Assembly: GCF_963921235.1 (NCBI RefSeq) | Contig: NC_086097.1 | Coordinates: forward strand, 38,070,001 to 38,134,000 | DNA: 64,000 nt | Direction of reading: 5' to 3' | DNA from: Mobula hypostoma | Lineage: Eukaryota | Part shown: one piece after another, positions 1 through 12,127 of the stretch | How the letters are laid out: every line of letters starts with the position of its first letter | How positions within the stretch are numbered: position 1 is the first letter of the stretch | The notes under the pieces: generated by a model | What the model saw: the letters and a program-made list of their open reading frames with translations, nothing else | Database searches by the model: none | Told to the model about the DNA's origin: nothing | Translations under genes and position numbers: made by a program

Positions 1-254
1 CAACTCCTGTATTGGCATGAATAACTTCATTCCCCACAACTCTGAACTGATTCTGTAACCCGCAGACTCACTTTCAAGAACTCCACAACTCATGTTCTAA
101 GTATTAATGTTTTTTTAATTGTTGTCTTTTGCACATTGTTTGCAAGTTGTTTATAGTTTTTTTTGTAAATTATGCTGTATGTATTTTTTGTAAATGTCTA
201 CAAGAAATGAGTCTCAAGGTAATACATGTAAACTCATATGTACTTTGACAATAA
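1..254 (+). mobile_element. Rex1/Babar-type LINE 3' UTR fragment
   Basis: Reverse complement of the 3' UTR attached to Rex1-like RT C-terminal ORFs at 8795-9590 and 57200-58370 (gactcactttcaag...actcatgttct). Confidence 0.65.
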
Positions 255-785
255 GAAATTACAGCAGCGTCTTCAATTCCTGAGGGTGAGGTGAGCGAGG
301 CTCCCTCTCCACTCTCAGTATTTACAAGACCACCAAATCATAAACACAAGGGGTTCTGCTGATGTTGGAAATCCAGAGCGACCCACACAAAATGCTGGAG
401 GAACTCAGCAGGTCAGACAGCAACATGTGGAAATGTATAAGCAGTTAACATTTTGGGCTGAGACGGGACTGGAAAGGAAGGACAAAGATGCCACAAGGTG
501 GTCGGGGGCGGGGAGGAGGAGGACAAGCTAGGAGGTGATAGGTAATATCAAGTGGAGGTGTTGAAGTAAGAAGCTGAAGGTGGAAAAGTTAAAAGGCTGG
601 AGAAGAAGGAATCCGATGGGAGGGGAGATTAGACCATGGGCAAAAGGGAAGGAGGAATGGCACCAGGAGGAGCTGATGGGCAGGTGAGGAGAAGAGGAAA
701 GTGGCCAGAGTGGGGAAATGAAGTGAGAAGGGGAGGAGAAAAAGTTAACGAAAGTTGGAGAAATTGTTTTCCCAATGGGGAAAAC

Positions 786-908
786 GGCGTGGGTTTTTCT
801 GGGTGCTCTGGTTTCCTCCCGCAGTCCAAAGATGTTACCAGGTAGATTAATTGGTCATTGTAAATTGTCCTGCACTGTTTTACTAATAAATAAATAATAG
901 ATAGATAG
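786..908 (+). mobile_element. V-SINE (HE1-like) partial copy inside the PLE
   Basis: V-domain gcgtgggtttttctgggtgctctggtttcctcccgcagtccaaaga; (taaa)n/(taga)n tail. Confidence 0.8.
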
Positions 909-1686
909 AAGTTCATGCCATCAGGTTGGAGACTACCGAGATGCAATATGAGGTGTTGCTCCTTCGATCTGAGAATGGCCTCATTGTGCCAGAAGACCAA
1001 GGACCGACATGTCAGAATGGGAATGGGGATAGGAGTTAAGTTGCCACAGGGAAGTCCCACTTTTTGTGAATAGAGCAGAGGTGCTTGACAAAGTGGTCCC
1101 CCAGTCTACTTCGGGTCTCACCAACATAGAGGAAGCGATGTCGGGAGCAGCGGATACAATAGATGACCCCACCCCCCCCAACAGATTTTCAGTTGAAGTG
1201 TTACCTCACCCTGGAAGGACTGTTTGGGGCCCTGAATGGAGGTGAGGGAGGAGATGAATGGGCAGGTGTAGCACTTCTGCTGCTTGCAGGGTTAAGTGCC
1301 GGGAGGGAGATTGTTAGAGAGGGACGATGGGCAAAGGAGTCACAGGGAATGGTTCCTGTGGAAAGTGGAGAGCGTGAGGAGGTAAAGATGTGTTTGGTGG
1401 TCGGGTCCAGTTGAAGATGGCGTAAGTTGCAGAGAATGATGCGTTGGGTGCAGAGGCTCATAGGGTGGTAGGTAAGGACAAGAGAAACTCTATCTCTCTA
1501 TCCCTGTTAAAGCGGCGGGAAGATGGGGTGAGTGTGCATGTCTAGGAAATGGAGAAGGTGTGGATAAGGGCAGCATCAATGGTGGAGGAAGGGAAACCCC
1601 ATTCTTTGAGGAAGGACATTTCTGATGTCTTGGAAAGGAAAGCCTTATCCTGAGAACAGATTCAGCAAAGATGAAGGAACATTTTC

Positions 1687-4487
1687 TTTCTTTCTTTCTT
1701 TTTAAATCTTTTTATTGAATAAGTATACAAAAGGGTAAGCCATATAGGCACTAATATACTGTTAGAATATAATAAAATTACATGAAATATTAATACAGAA
1801 AAAAAAGTGATACAAACAATGTAATTTAAACATAACATACTAAGGTAATATAAAAGTATACTAATTTTATATATATATATCAATAGAGAAAAGAAAAAAC
1901 CCCCCCCAAAAAAAACCCACCGTGCAACTAAACTAAAAGCAAAGCAAAGCAATGGGCTAACTTGGAACCAAATAGAGTTAAAGAACTTAAAATCACGTCC
2001 TCAAACCCGACCTCCATTAAAAACAGTAAAAAAAAACAAGGGTATATAAATATGGAGCAAAAAAGAGAAGAAAAAAAAATTACTTTAAATGAAAATATTG
2101 AATAAAAGATCTCCAGGTCTGTTCAAATTTAAGTGAGGAATCATAAAGATTGCTTCTAATTTTCTCCAAATTCAAGCATAATATCGTCTGAGAAAACCAA
2201 TAAAAGGTGGTTGGAGCGTTAAGCTCGTTCCAATGTTGTAAAATACATCTTTTCGCCATTAAAGTAAGAAATGCAATCATTCTACGGGCTGAAGGAGAAA
2301 GATTACTGGAAATTTTAGGTAGTCCAAAGATAGCAGTAATAGGGTGAGGTGAGATATCTATATTCAATGCCTTTGAGATAATATTAAAAATGTCTCTCCA
2401 AAAAGTTTCCAGAGTAGGACAAGACCAAAACATATGAGTTAAAGAGGCTATCTGCCCCGGACATCTATCACAAAAAGGATTAATATGAGAATAAAAGCGA
2501 GCTAATTTATCTTTGGACATACGTGCTCTATGAACAAATTTAAATTGAATTAGGGAATGTTTAGCACAGATAGAGGAAGTATTGACTAATTGTAAAATCT
2601 GCCCCCAGTCATCCAGGGAAATTATCGATAGACCCCAATTCCTGTTCCCAATCTACCCTAATCTTATCAAATGGAGCTTTCCTAAGTTTCATAATAATAT
2701 TATAAATCATAGCCGATGCACCTTTCTGACATGGATTAAGGTTAATTATAGTATCTAAAATGTATGTAGGAGGAAGCATTGGAAAAGAAGAAAGTATAGT
2801 ACTTAGGAAATTTCTAACTTGTAGATATCTAAAAAAAATGTATTCTTGATAAATTATATTTATTAGATAATTGTTCAAAAGACATAAGGGAACCATCTAA
2901 AAATAAATCCAAAAACCGTGAAATACCCTTAGTCTTCCAAATTTGAAAAGCACGATCCGTAAAAGAGGGAGGAAAAAATATGTTACCTAAAATAGGAATC
3001 GCTAGCCCAAATTGGTTAAGATCAAAAAATTTTCTGAATTGGAACCAAATACGTAAGGTATATTTAACTATCGGGTTAGATACCTGTTTAAGACGTTTCA
3101 AATCAAAAGGAAGAGAGGAACCTAAAATAGAGCCAAGTGTATAGCCCTGAACAGATTGTAATTCCAATGCTACCCATTTAGGAATGGATAGTATATCCTG
3201 GTCGTAACCAAAATTTCATATGTCGAATATTGATTGCCCAATAATAGAATCTAAAGTTAGGTAATGCTAAACCTCCATCTCTCTTAGCTATCTGTAAATG
3301 TATTTTACCCAGTCTCGGGTTTTTATTTTGCCAAATAAATGAAGAAATTTTTGAGTCAACTTTATCAAAAAAAGATTTTGGAACAAAAATCGGTAATGCC
3401 TGAAATATATATAAAAATTTTGGCAGAAAAAACTTCTTAACTGCTTTAATACGACCAATCAAAGTTAAATATAAAGGAAACCATTTAGATGTAAGTTGAA
3501 TAATATGGTCAATTAAGGGTAAAAAGTTAATCTTAAATAAATCTTTGTGTTTACAAGTAATTTTAATCCCAAGATATGAAAAATAATTATTAATCAATTT
3601 AAATGGAAAGTTATGATATAAGGGAAGTTGTTTATTAATCGGGAAAAGTTCACTCTTACTAAGATTTAATTTATAACCTGAAAAGAGACTAAATTGTGCT
3701 AATAACTCTAAAACAGCAGGGATGGATTTTTGAGGATTAGAAATATATAAAAGTAAGTCATCAGCATAGAGTGATATTTTATGGGACTTTAAGCCCCGAG
3801 TTATCCCAGTAATATTTGGAGATTCTCGAATGGCAATTGCAAGAGGTTCTAATGCAATATCAAATAATAAAGGACTAAGAGGACAACCTTGTCGAGTACC
3901 TCGAAAAAGAGGGAGAAAAGGTGAGCTTAGAGAGTTAGTATGGACCGAGGCCACAGGAGAATGATATAACAGTTTGATCCAGGATATAAATTTCGAGCTA
4001 AAATTAAACATTTCAAGCACCTTAAATAAGTAAGGCCATTCTACTCTATCAAAAGCTTTCTCAGCATCTAAAGAGATAACACACTCAGGAACATTTTGTG
4101 AGGGGGTATAAACAATATTTAACAGTGTGCGAATGTTATAACAAGAGTAATGACCTTTAATAAAACCCGTTTGGTCTTCCGAAATAATAAAAGGAAGTAC
4201 TTTTTCTAATCTGTTTGCTAATAACTTAGAGAAAATTTTAGAGTCAACATTTAATAAAGATATTCGTCTATAAGATGCACATTGAGCAGGATCTTTATCC
4301 TTCTTTAATATTAGAGAGATTGACGCTCTATTGAAAGATTCGGGAAGTTTACCAAGATTTAATGAAGCTTCGAAAAGCCTACAGAACCAAGGGATTAATG
4401 AAGGTGCAAAACATTTATAAAATTCTACGGTAAACCCATCAGGGCCAGGGGCTTTCCCCAGGTTGATAGAGGAAATAACATTCTTAA
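1687..4487 (-). mobile_element. L1/Tx1-clade LINE, 5'-truncated; ORF2 RT + C-terminal CCHC, frameshifted
   Basis: KAPGPDGF, SLDAEKAFDRV, RGTRQGCPLSP, YADD in ORF 3178-4803; CDRC..HMFWSC in 2080-2520; AATAAA + (AAAG)n tail; 10-bp TSD gaacattttc at 1677-1686 and 4488-4497. Confidence 0.95.
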
Positions 4488-4779
4488 GAACATTTTCACA
4501 AAAGACACATTGGGAAGAGATCTTGCCAAGATAGCTGTGGTAATTGGTAGGTTGATAACAGATATTGTTGGACAGATTTTCCTCTGGAGAAGGAGACAGA
4601 GAGATTGAGAAAGAGGAGAGAAGTCTCAGAAATGAACCAAGTGAATTTAGGGGCAGGGTGGAAATTGGAGGCAAAGTTGATGAAATTGTTGAGCTCAGCA
4701 TGGGTGCATGAAGTAGTGTTAATGTAGTGCAGAAAGACTGCGGCTCTCCTGACTGTACCTGTTCCCAGCCTCTGAACCT

Positions 4780-5436
4780 TTTGAAGTTATCTACTCTACC
4801 CATGCTCCTGATGCAGCCTCCTCTGCATTGTTGAGACCTGATAGAGATTGGGGGACCACTTTGTTGAGCATCTCTGCTCCATCCGCAAAAAGTGGGATTT
4901 CCTGGTGACCAACCATTTTAAATGCTGTCCCCGTTCTGACATGCTGGTCCATGGCTACCTCTTCTGCCATGAAGAGACCATTCTCAGGTTGGAAGAGCAG
5001 CACCTTATAATCCAGTCTGGGTTACCTCCAATCTGATAGCATGAGCATCGATTTCTCCAACTTCTGGTAATTTTCCTCCCTCCCCCTTCCTTCTTCTATT
5101 CCCCACTCTGGTCTCTTATCTCTTCTGCCTATCACCTCCCTTTGGTGACCATCCTCCTCCTTTCTTTTCTCCTATGGTTCACCCTCCTCTCCTATAAAGA
5201 TTCTTCTCCAGCCCTTCACTCTTTCTACCTATCACCTTTGGCTTCTTACTTTAACCCCATCCCCCACCGACTTGGTTTCATCTATCACCTTCTAGCTTGT
5301 CCTCCTTCCCTTTTTATTCTGGCATCATCCCCTCCCTTTCCAGTCCTGATGAAGGATCTTGGTCCAAAATGTCAACTGATCATTCATTTCCATAGATGCT
5401 TCTGACCTGCTAAGTATCTCCAGCATTCTGTGTGTG
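4780..5436 (+). mobile_element. Inverted PLE arm (GIY-YIG end + pseudo-LTR without the terminal tail)
   Basis: ORF 4848-5036 GDHFVEHL...LRLEEQHLI; degenerate hammerhead at 5342-5378; opposite orientation to 341-4730. Confidence 0.85.
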
Positions 5437-6513
5437 TTTACCGAAGCACTATTGAGAGTGTCCTGACCAGCTGCATTATGGTCTAGCATTGACCGCAAGT
5501 CCCTACAAAGTATTGTGAGGACTGCTGAAATGATCATTGGGGTCTCACTTCTAACTTTTCAAATCAGGGTTTCACTGTCACCACCTAGGTCTCACCATGT
5601 ATGAAGCGCCATTCGCATTATACTGATTACTTTTTCACTTGTGATGTGAATGAACCTTTTTATTTGCGGTGACATTACCTTTTGGGTTGTGTGTAAGTTA
5701 TACGTATTGTGTTGTGCACCTTGGTCTGAAGGAACATTGTTTTATTTGGCGTCGTACATGTACGTGATCGGAATGACAATGAACTTGAACTTCCATCCGA
5801 GATGCATGGTTTCACATTCTTAATCTAAATTTCATCTTCCACTAGTCCTTCCTTTTTATCTACCTATATTTTGCTGAAGTCTGTTTACTGCCATCCGCAA
5901 AGCTCTGAAATTATAACCTATAGGGTCTGGTCATTAGTTGATGTATATAAGTAAGGACTCTATTTCTTATAAGAACATAAAAGTAAGAGGTCTATCTCTC
6001 TATCTTTATTAATATTGTGTTGGATACTCGTTTCTGCCCCTCATTCTGTTTTACCCCAACAGCCATTGTGTCTTTAATCTCATAGACTTTCCTTATGCAG
6101 TTCAATGTCAGGCACCTTATGAAAGTCCACATGCACATCATCTACTACATTACTGTCAAAAGGCTTCATCAAAAGAAACATCAGTTTGCCCTGTTTTCAT
6201 TTACTAATCGAAGCACTTTATTAATATTGTGTTGGATAATTGCTCTTAAAGATTTGCATAATTTATTTTATGCTGGCTGGCCCATGGCTTTTTCTAGGGA
6301 CACTCCCAGTAGTCGGTAACTTATTAGTATTGGTCAGAATAGGTACATCACAGAAGGTTGAATGCATGCGAATCAGTTGGGGGGAAAAATCTCATTTATT
6401 TTCTTATGCCACAAAATCTTTTGGAAATCTATCTTGTGAGCAGAAATAAAACTTGTTGGAAATCTGTATTGTATTATATTGTATCTCACATACTTGTCAA
6501 TCAGATATGCAGT

Positions 6514-6595
6514 AATTGCTTACCAAAGTATTGCTGTCTTTAGGTAAGACTCGGAGATCTATTAAGTTACCACAATAATACTTTGGTAAGCAATT
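6514..6595. repeat. Perfect 19-bp inverted repeat (hairpin)
   Basis: aattgcttaccaaagtatt (6514-6532) / aatactttggtaagcaatt (6577-6595). Confidence 0.9.
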
Positions 6596-6869
6596 TGACA
6601 TGTTAAATATTGTATAGGCAATATGCTGATCTATACTTTGTGCAGCAAGAGACAATTTTTAGTTTTCCCTAAGCATATCCTCTGGATTAATAAATGCTCA
6701 GGTTGGCTCTGACTGATTGATGATGTGCTGTTCTGTGCTGCACTTGGCAAGGAAAAAATGTCTAATGTTATTACTGCCTGCAGTGAATTTATCATAACAG
6801 CAAATTGCTAATAGAGATCAATACTGCTGACCATGGAATAAATATGTGCTCTTATACTTTAAAAAAAAA

Positions 6870-7485
6870 GAGACCATGCTGACCATGGTGTCTACTCAGC
6901 TAGTCCCAATTTCCTGCGTTCGACCAAGACCACGCTAAGCCCCACCCTTCCAATTTACATGATACTGTTGTACCTGCCTCAAATGCTTACATATACTCGC
7001 CATCCTTTGCATGAAGAAGTTGCCCTTCAGGTCCTTTTAAATCACTCCCTTCTTACCTAAATATATACCTCCTAGTTTTACATTCACCTAGCCTGGCAAA
7101 AAGACTTACCATCCACCTTATTAAAGCCCCTCATAATTTTAAACATGACTTACCAGGTTATCCCTCATTCTTCTACGTTCCAACAAACTCACTCAGTGAT
7201 TCAAGGCCAGACTCTGCCATCCGATTTCTAAAAGGGCATTCTGTTTTTTTGCACAACTTATTTTAATTTAACCATTTAATTAACATGTATACCGCATGTA
7301 ACTCAGTATTTTTCTCTATATTTATTTATCATGTATTTCATTGTACTCCTGCAGCAAAGTTTACCAATTTCACAACATATGCTGGTGATATTAAATCTGA
7401 TTCTGAATAAAGACCTAGCCTCGCCAACCACTCTCTGTAACTCAGGCCTTCTAATCCTGGCAATATCCTTGTAAATCTTTTCTGA
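6870..7485 (-). mobile_element. Old CR1 3' fragment with a nested Rex1-type 3' end (+, ~7190-7408)
   Basis: gaagaagttgcccttcaggtcc and ctagtccca match CR1 3' regions elsewhere; insert ends atattaaatctgattctga. Confidence 0.6.
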
Positions 7486-8235
7486 AGGGTTTAGAAGATT
7501 ATGAACCAAATGCGTAGGCAATTTTGTCAGCAGAGAAGTTGAGCCGAAGGACCTTTCACTGGGTTATCTACCTCTGTTCACATGTTTACCTCAAGTTTTA
7601 ATTTGCTACATTAAGGAAATTTTTTCCCTTGAGTTTGTTGAATGTTTATGCTTATTTCAACAAAATTAGTTAAACCAAAGTTAATTTAACACATTATTTA
7701 TTTAAAAATATGCCTGTCACATTTTAATGGTAATATGAGTAAGGCTAGCCTATTTAACTAACGACATTGCAATGGATGTCCTATGTGTTTTTAAAGCCAA
7801 AGAAGGAGATTACAAACAGGAATGCTGGAAATATTCAGCAGGTTTGACTGAATTCTGTGCCAACAGGAACAGTTTTGGATGAGTGAGGTATTGTTCATTT
7901 GCACAAAGTTGATGCTGCTCATTTTATTCACACTTAATTTCAAGGGAAACAGATCTGGGCACCTTTTGTTTAGATTTGGGAATGTGCATCAGTAATGCTT
8001 TGAAACAATAACTGCTGTAAAATGTGATGTGTTCATGTACTGACTGATCAAAAGAAAATGTTTACTGTTTTGTCCATGTCACTCAACCAATGAATCATCT
8101 GAGAATATTTTGAACACGACTAAAGAGGATACCTTTACGTTTTCAATAGAATCAAAGAGGCGTACAACACAGAAGTAGATCTTCAGCTAACCATTTCTGT
8201 GTAGACAATTGTACTTGTCTGTACCAATCTCATCA

Positions 8236-9592
8236 AGAATCAGGTTTAATATCACTGGCATATGTCACGCAATTTATTGCTTTTGAGACAGCAGAAAATT
8301 GCAATACATAATTATAGAAAATAAAAACAGTAAGTATTCAGTTTATAAATTAGTTAAATAAGTAATGTAAAAACAGAAATTTTAAAAAATAGTGAGGTGA
8401 TGTTCAGTCACAGACAAGAGAAAATCTGCAGATGCTGGAAAGGCAAGCAACACACAAAATGCTAGGGGAACTCAACAGGCCAAGTAGCATCTATGGAGAA
8501 GATTACAGTCAATGTTTCAGGCCGAGATCCTTCAGCAGTCCTGCCAAAGGGTCATGGCCGAAAAACGTCGACTGCTCTTTTCCATAGATGCTGCCTGGCC
8601 TGCTGAGTTCCTCCAGCATTTTGTGTCTGTTGTGAGGTGGTGTTCATGGGTTCCATTTAAATTCAGAATTAGGTGGCAGGAGGGAAGAAACTGTCCCTGA
8701 ATCACTGAGTGTGTGTCTTTAAGCTCCTGTACCTCCTCCCTGATGGTAGCAATGAAAACAAGGCATGACCTGAGTGATGGGGATCCAGCATCCAAAGTTA
8801 AAAGTAAATTTATTACAGAAGATTACTGAAATTTATTACTACCCTGAGATTATTTTCTTGTGGGCATTCACACTAAATACAAAGTAACAAAATAGAATGA
8901 ATAAAAAACTGCACACAGCAAAGACAAACAACTGATGTCCAAAAGACAAATCATGCAAATAGAAAAAAGAAAAATAAGCAAAATAATTAAATAAATACGT
9001 TAAAAGTATTGAGAACATGAGCTTGTAGCGTCCTTGAAAGTGAGTCTGCAGGTTATGGAGTCAGTTCAGCAGTGGGGTGAGTGAAGTTATCCACACTCAT
9101 TCAGGAGCCTGAAGGCTAATAATAACTGTTCCTGAAACCTGGTGGTGTGAGACCCAAGGCTCCTATACCTCCTTCCTGACTGCAGCAATGGGAAGAAAGC
9201 ATGGGCTGGATTGTGGGCGTCCTTGATGATGGATGCTGCTTTCCTCTGACAGCACACCCTGTAGATATGCTCAGTGCCGGGGAGGGCTTTACCATATCCA
9301 TTTCTTTTTGTAGGCTTTTACGTTCAAGGACATTGGTATTTCCATACCAGGCTGTGATGCAAGCAGTCAATATACTGTCCACCATGTGTCTATAGGGTTT
9401 GTCAGAAGTTTAAATGACATGCCGGATCTTCGCAAACTTCTAAGAAAGTAGAACTGCTGTCGTGCCTTCTTTGTAATGGCATCTACGTGATGGGCCCAGG
9501 ACAGATCCTCTGAAATGATAATGCTGAGGAATTGAAAGTTGCTGATCCTCTCCATCTCTGATACCATGATGAGTACTTGCTCATAGCTCACC
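8236..9592 (-). mobile_element. Two Rex1/Babar-type LINE 3' fragments (~8236-8790 and ~8795-9592)
   Basis: ORFs 9367-9606 (ERISNFQFLSIIISEDLSWAHHVDAITKKARQQFYFLRSLR) and 9116-9385 (SILTACITAWYGN). Confidence 0.8.
8407..8631. mobile_element. Fold-back mini-element made of two inverted PLE pseudo-LTR ends
   Basis: Arms are reverse complements meeting at ~8535-8540; 15-bp TSD gtgaggtg(a/g)tgttca at 8392-8406 and 8632-8646. Confidence 0.9.
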
Positions 9593-9724
9593 CACATTAG
9601 GTCCATAGCTTTCCAGGCCTTGGAATTTCAAACACCTGACACTCCTTCCTACATGTTGGCAGTCGTGTACTACTAGGAAAAACAGCACTTACAATTTGCT
9701 CGGAGGGATGCGCAGTCTAATAAG

Positions 9725-10080
9725 AAATGCATAAAATTATGAAAGGGGTAGGTAAGAGAGAGACAAGTAAGTTGTTTCCACTGGTAAGTGGAACTAGAAT
9801 GAGGGGACATTGCCTCATGAATCGGGAGAATAGGTTTAGGATGGAGAGGAGGAGAAACTGCATTTTCCAGGGAGTAGTGAATCTGGGGAATTCTCTGCCC
9901 AGGGAAGCAGTTGAGGCTACTTCATTAAAAATATTTAAGACACACTTAGATTTTTTCATAGCATGGGAATTGAGGGTTTTGGGGTAGAGACAGGTTGGCG
10001 AAGCTGAATCCACTGCCAAATCAGCCATGATCTTATTGAGTGGCTCAGCAGGCTTTCTTGGCCTACACCTGCTCTCATTT
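9725..10080 (+). mobile_element. CR1 LINE 3' fragment
   Basis: ORF 9727-9987 KIMKG..KLFPL..RGH...VVNLGNSLP...FKTHLD. Confidence 0.8.
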
Positions 10081-10092
10081 CTTTTTCCATTT

Positions 10093-10338
10093 AGATATAC
10101 AGCACATTGACAGGCCCCTCTAGCCCAGCCAGCCCCTGGTGCCCAATTACAACTCTGGGACCAATTAATCTACTGACCCGCATATCTTTGGAATGTGGGA
10201 GGAAACTGGAGTACCCAGAGGAAACCCACACATTCACCGGGAGAACATACAAACAGCTTGCGGGCAATGGCGGAATTGAGCCTGGGTTGCTTGCAGGTTA
10301 ATGGCGTTACGCCAAATGCTGTGCGGCCGTTCCACCCA
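10093..10338 (-). mobile_element. V-SINE (HE1-like), near full length
   Basis: Antisense V-domain ctttggaatgtgggaggaaactggagtacccagaggaaacccac; antisense tRNA-like head; CR1-type tail. Confidence 0.8.
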
Positions 10339-10447
10339 TGTTCTTAATTTCTAATACCAAGGCATTTCTTTCACCCTGACACAGTTATGGTCGTACCTAT
10401 AGGATCCCAAAATAGCAGTAGCTTTAGCCACAATAAACAAATATATT

Positions 10448-10706
10448 TTCCTATTTCCCTCCCGTCCCATAATCCTCTTATATCCCTTTTGCCAATCACC
10501 TGTCCAGCTCTTGGCTCCATCCCTCCCCCTCCTGTCTTCTCCTATCATTTCGGATCTCCCCCTCCCCCTCCCACTTTCAAATCTCTTACTAGCTCTTCCT
10601 TCAGTTAGTCCTGACGAAGGGTCTCAGCCTGAAACGTCGACTGTACCTCTTCCTAGAGATGCTGCCTGACCTGCTGCGTTCACCAGCAATTTTTGTGTGT
10701 GTTGCT
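10448..10706 (+). mobile_element. PLE pseudo-LTR, young subfamily
   Basis: Closely matches the reverse complement of 43065-43315. Confidence 0.9.
10607..10642 (+). ncRNA. Minimal type-I hammerhead ribozyme, intact core
   Basis: AGTC-CTGACGA-AGG(GTCTCAG)CCT-GAA-ACGT-C-GACT; predicted cleavage after C10638. Confidence 0.85.
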
Positions 10707-11569
10707 GGCGAGAATAAAACATAGGATCAATGCCCAGTTGGTGAAGATACATGGTTAAAAATCAGCATTGACACAGTGAGCCAAACTGCCTGCTTTGATG
10801 TTGTGTCACTCAATTGACTTTATCCAGAATGTGATTGGATATTTCCAGCATGTGAGGCCACTCGCTCAAAAAGAGCAGCTTCTAGACCTTTAACTGCTGT
10901 TCATCTGCAGTACAGATGACATTCCCACTGTACATTGGCAAACCGTCAGCGTGTTAACAGCAGAAGTAAAATTTGTCCAAATGGTCACCTTCTGAGGTCT
11001 ACTGGAGGTCACAAGAGCAAGTGGGAGCACACGTACTGACACGACAATTTGGGGACAAATGGGTCAAAATCAGTTGGGGTTCAACTGTCTTGGTAGTAGA
11101 ATGTCTGCCAGAGGTAGATGTGGTACAATTATGACATTTAAAAGACATTTTGCCAGGCACATGGATAGGCAAAGTTCAGATGGAAGTTGGGCCAAATGCT
11201 GGCAAATTGAACGAGCTCAGTGAGGCAACTTGTTGGCATGGATGAGTCGGGCCAAAAGGCCTTTTCCAGGCTGTCTAGCTCTTTGACTCTAATGAGCCCT
11301 CAACAGACATATTTTCTGAAGTCAAATACGTTGCTAAACATGGTGATCAGCAGAGGTCCCTTATGGGTTGACCATCATAAAAGAGAATGGGGAGTAAAAT
11401 CTTTCATTAAGATGTTGTATCCACTTGACATTAGGTAAGACGGTGAGTCACACTGGAGAGATGAGCATGTTCTCCAGATTGAGTGACAGTTAATTTATTG
11501 AAGTTAGTAATATATATGAAATGATTATCGTTCAAAAAGCCAGCAACAATTACACCCCACTTGGACCTT

Positions 11570-12127
11570 ATTCAGACCCCACTTGGAGTACTGTGTACAG
11601 TTCTGGTCACTTCACTACAGGAGGGATGCATATGCTACAGAGAGAGTGCAAAGGAGATTTACAAGGATGTTCCCCGGATTGAAGAGCATGCCTTATGAGA
11701 ATAGGCTGAGTGAACTCGGCCTTTTCTCCTTGGGGCAATGGAGGATGACAGGTGACCTGATAGAGGTGTATAAGATGATGAGAGGCATTGATTGTGTGAA
11801 TAGCCAGAGGCTTTTTAATCAGGGCTGAAATGGCAAACACAAGGGGGCATAATTTTAAGGTGCTGGGAAATAGGTACAAGGGGGATATCAGGGGTAAGTT
11901 TTTCACACAGAGTGTGGTGGGTGTGTGGAACGCACTGCCAGCGAAGGTGATAGGGACAGATACAATAGGGTCTTTTAAGGGACTCTTAGGTAGGTATATG
12001 GAGCTTAGAAAAATAGAAGACTATGTGGTAGAGAAATTATAGGCAACTTCTAGAGTAGTTTACATGGTTGGCACAGCATTGTGGGCCGAAGGGCCTGTAA
12101 TGTGCTGTAGATTTCTATTCTCTATGT
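11570..12127 (+). mobile_element. CR1 (HER1-like) LINE 3' end
   Basis: EYCVQFWS..ERVQRRFTRMFPGL; TRGHNFK..FFTQSVVGVWNALP; gggccgaagggcc hairpin + ttctat tail. Confidence 0.92.

Larger units (their letters stand above)
341..4730 (-). mobile_element. Penelope-like element (PLE), decayed RT C-terminus + GIY-YIG + pseudo-LTR, interrupted by a V-SINE and an L1
   Basis: ORFs 629-1060 and 1201-1461 match the PLE protein at 43463-44635 (EQHLI..LGSLQPDGMN; IILCNLRHLQLDPTTKHIF); homology resumes at 4498 after the L1. Confidence 0.85.
260..5792 (+). mobile_element. Rex1/Babar-type LINE 3' fragment split by a Penelope insertion (pieces ~260-335 and ~5437-5792)
   Basis: Left piece reads QQRLQFL; right piece continues attgagagtgtcctgaccagctgc (IESVLTSC) and ends gaatgacaatgaacttgaactt. 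Confidence 0.55.

Noticed and set aside
3178..4803. 541-aa ORF as a novel N-terminally extended RT gene
   Set aside because: The first ~105 aa lie outside the L1 TSD (4488-4497) in decayed PLE DNA; the fusion is a chance read-through.
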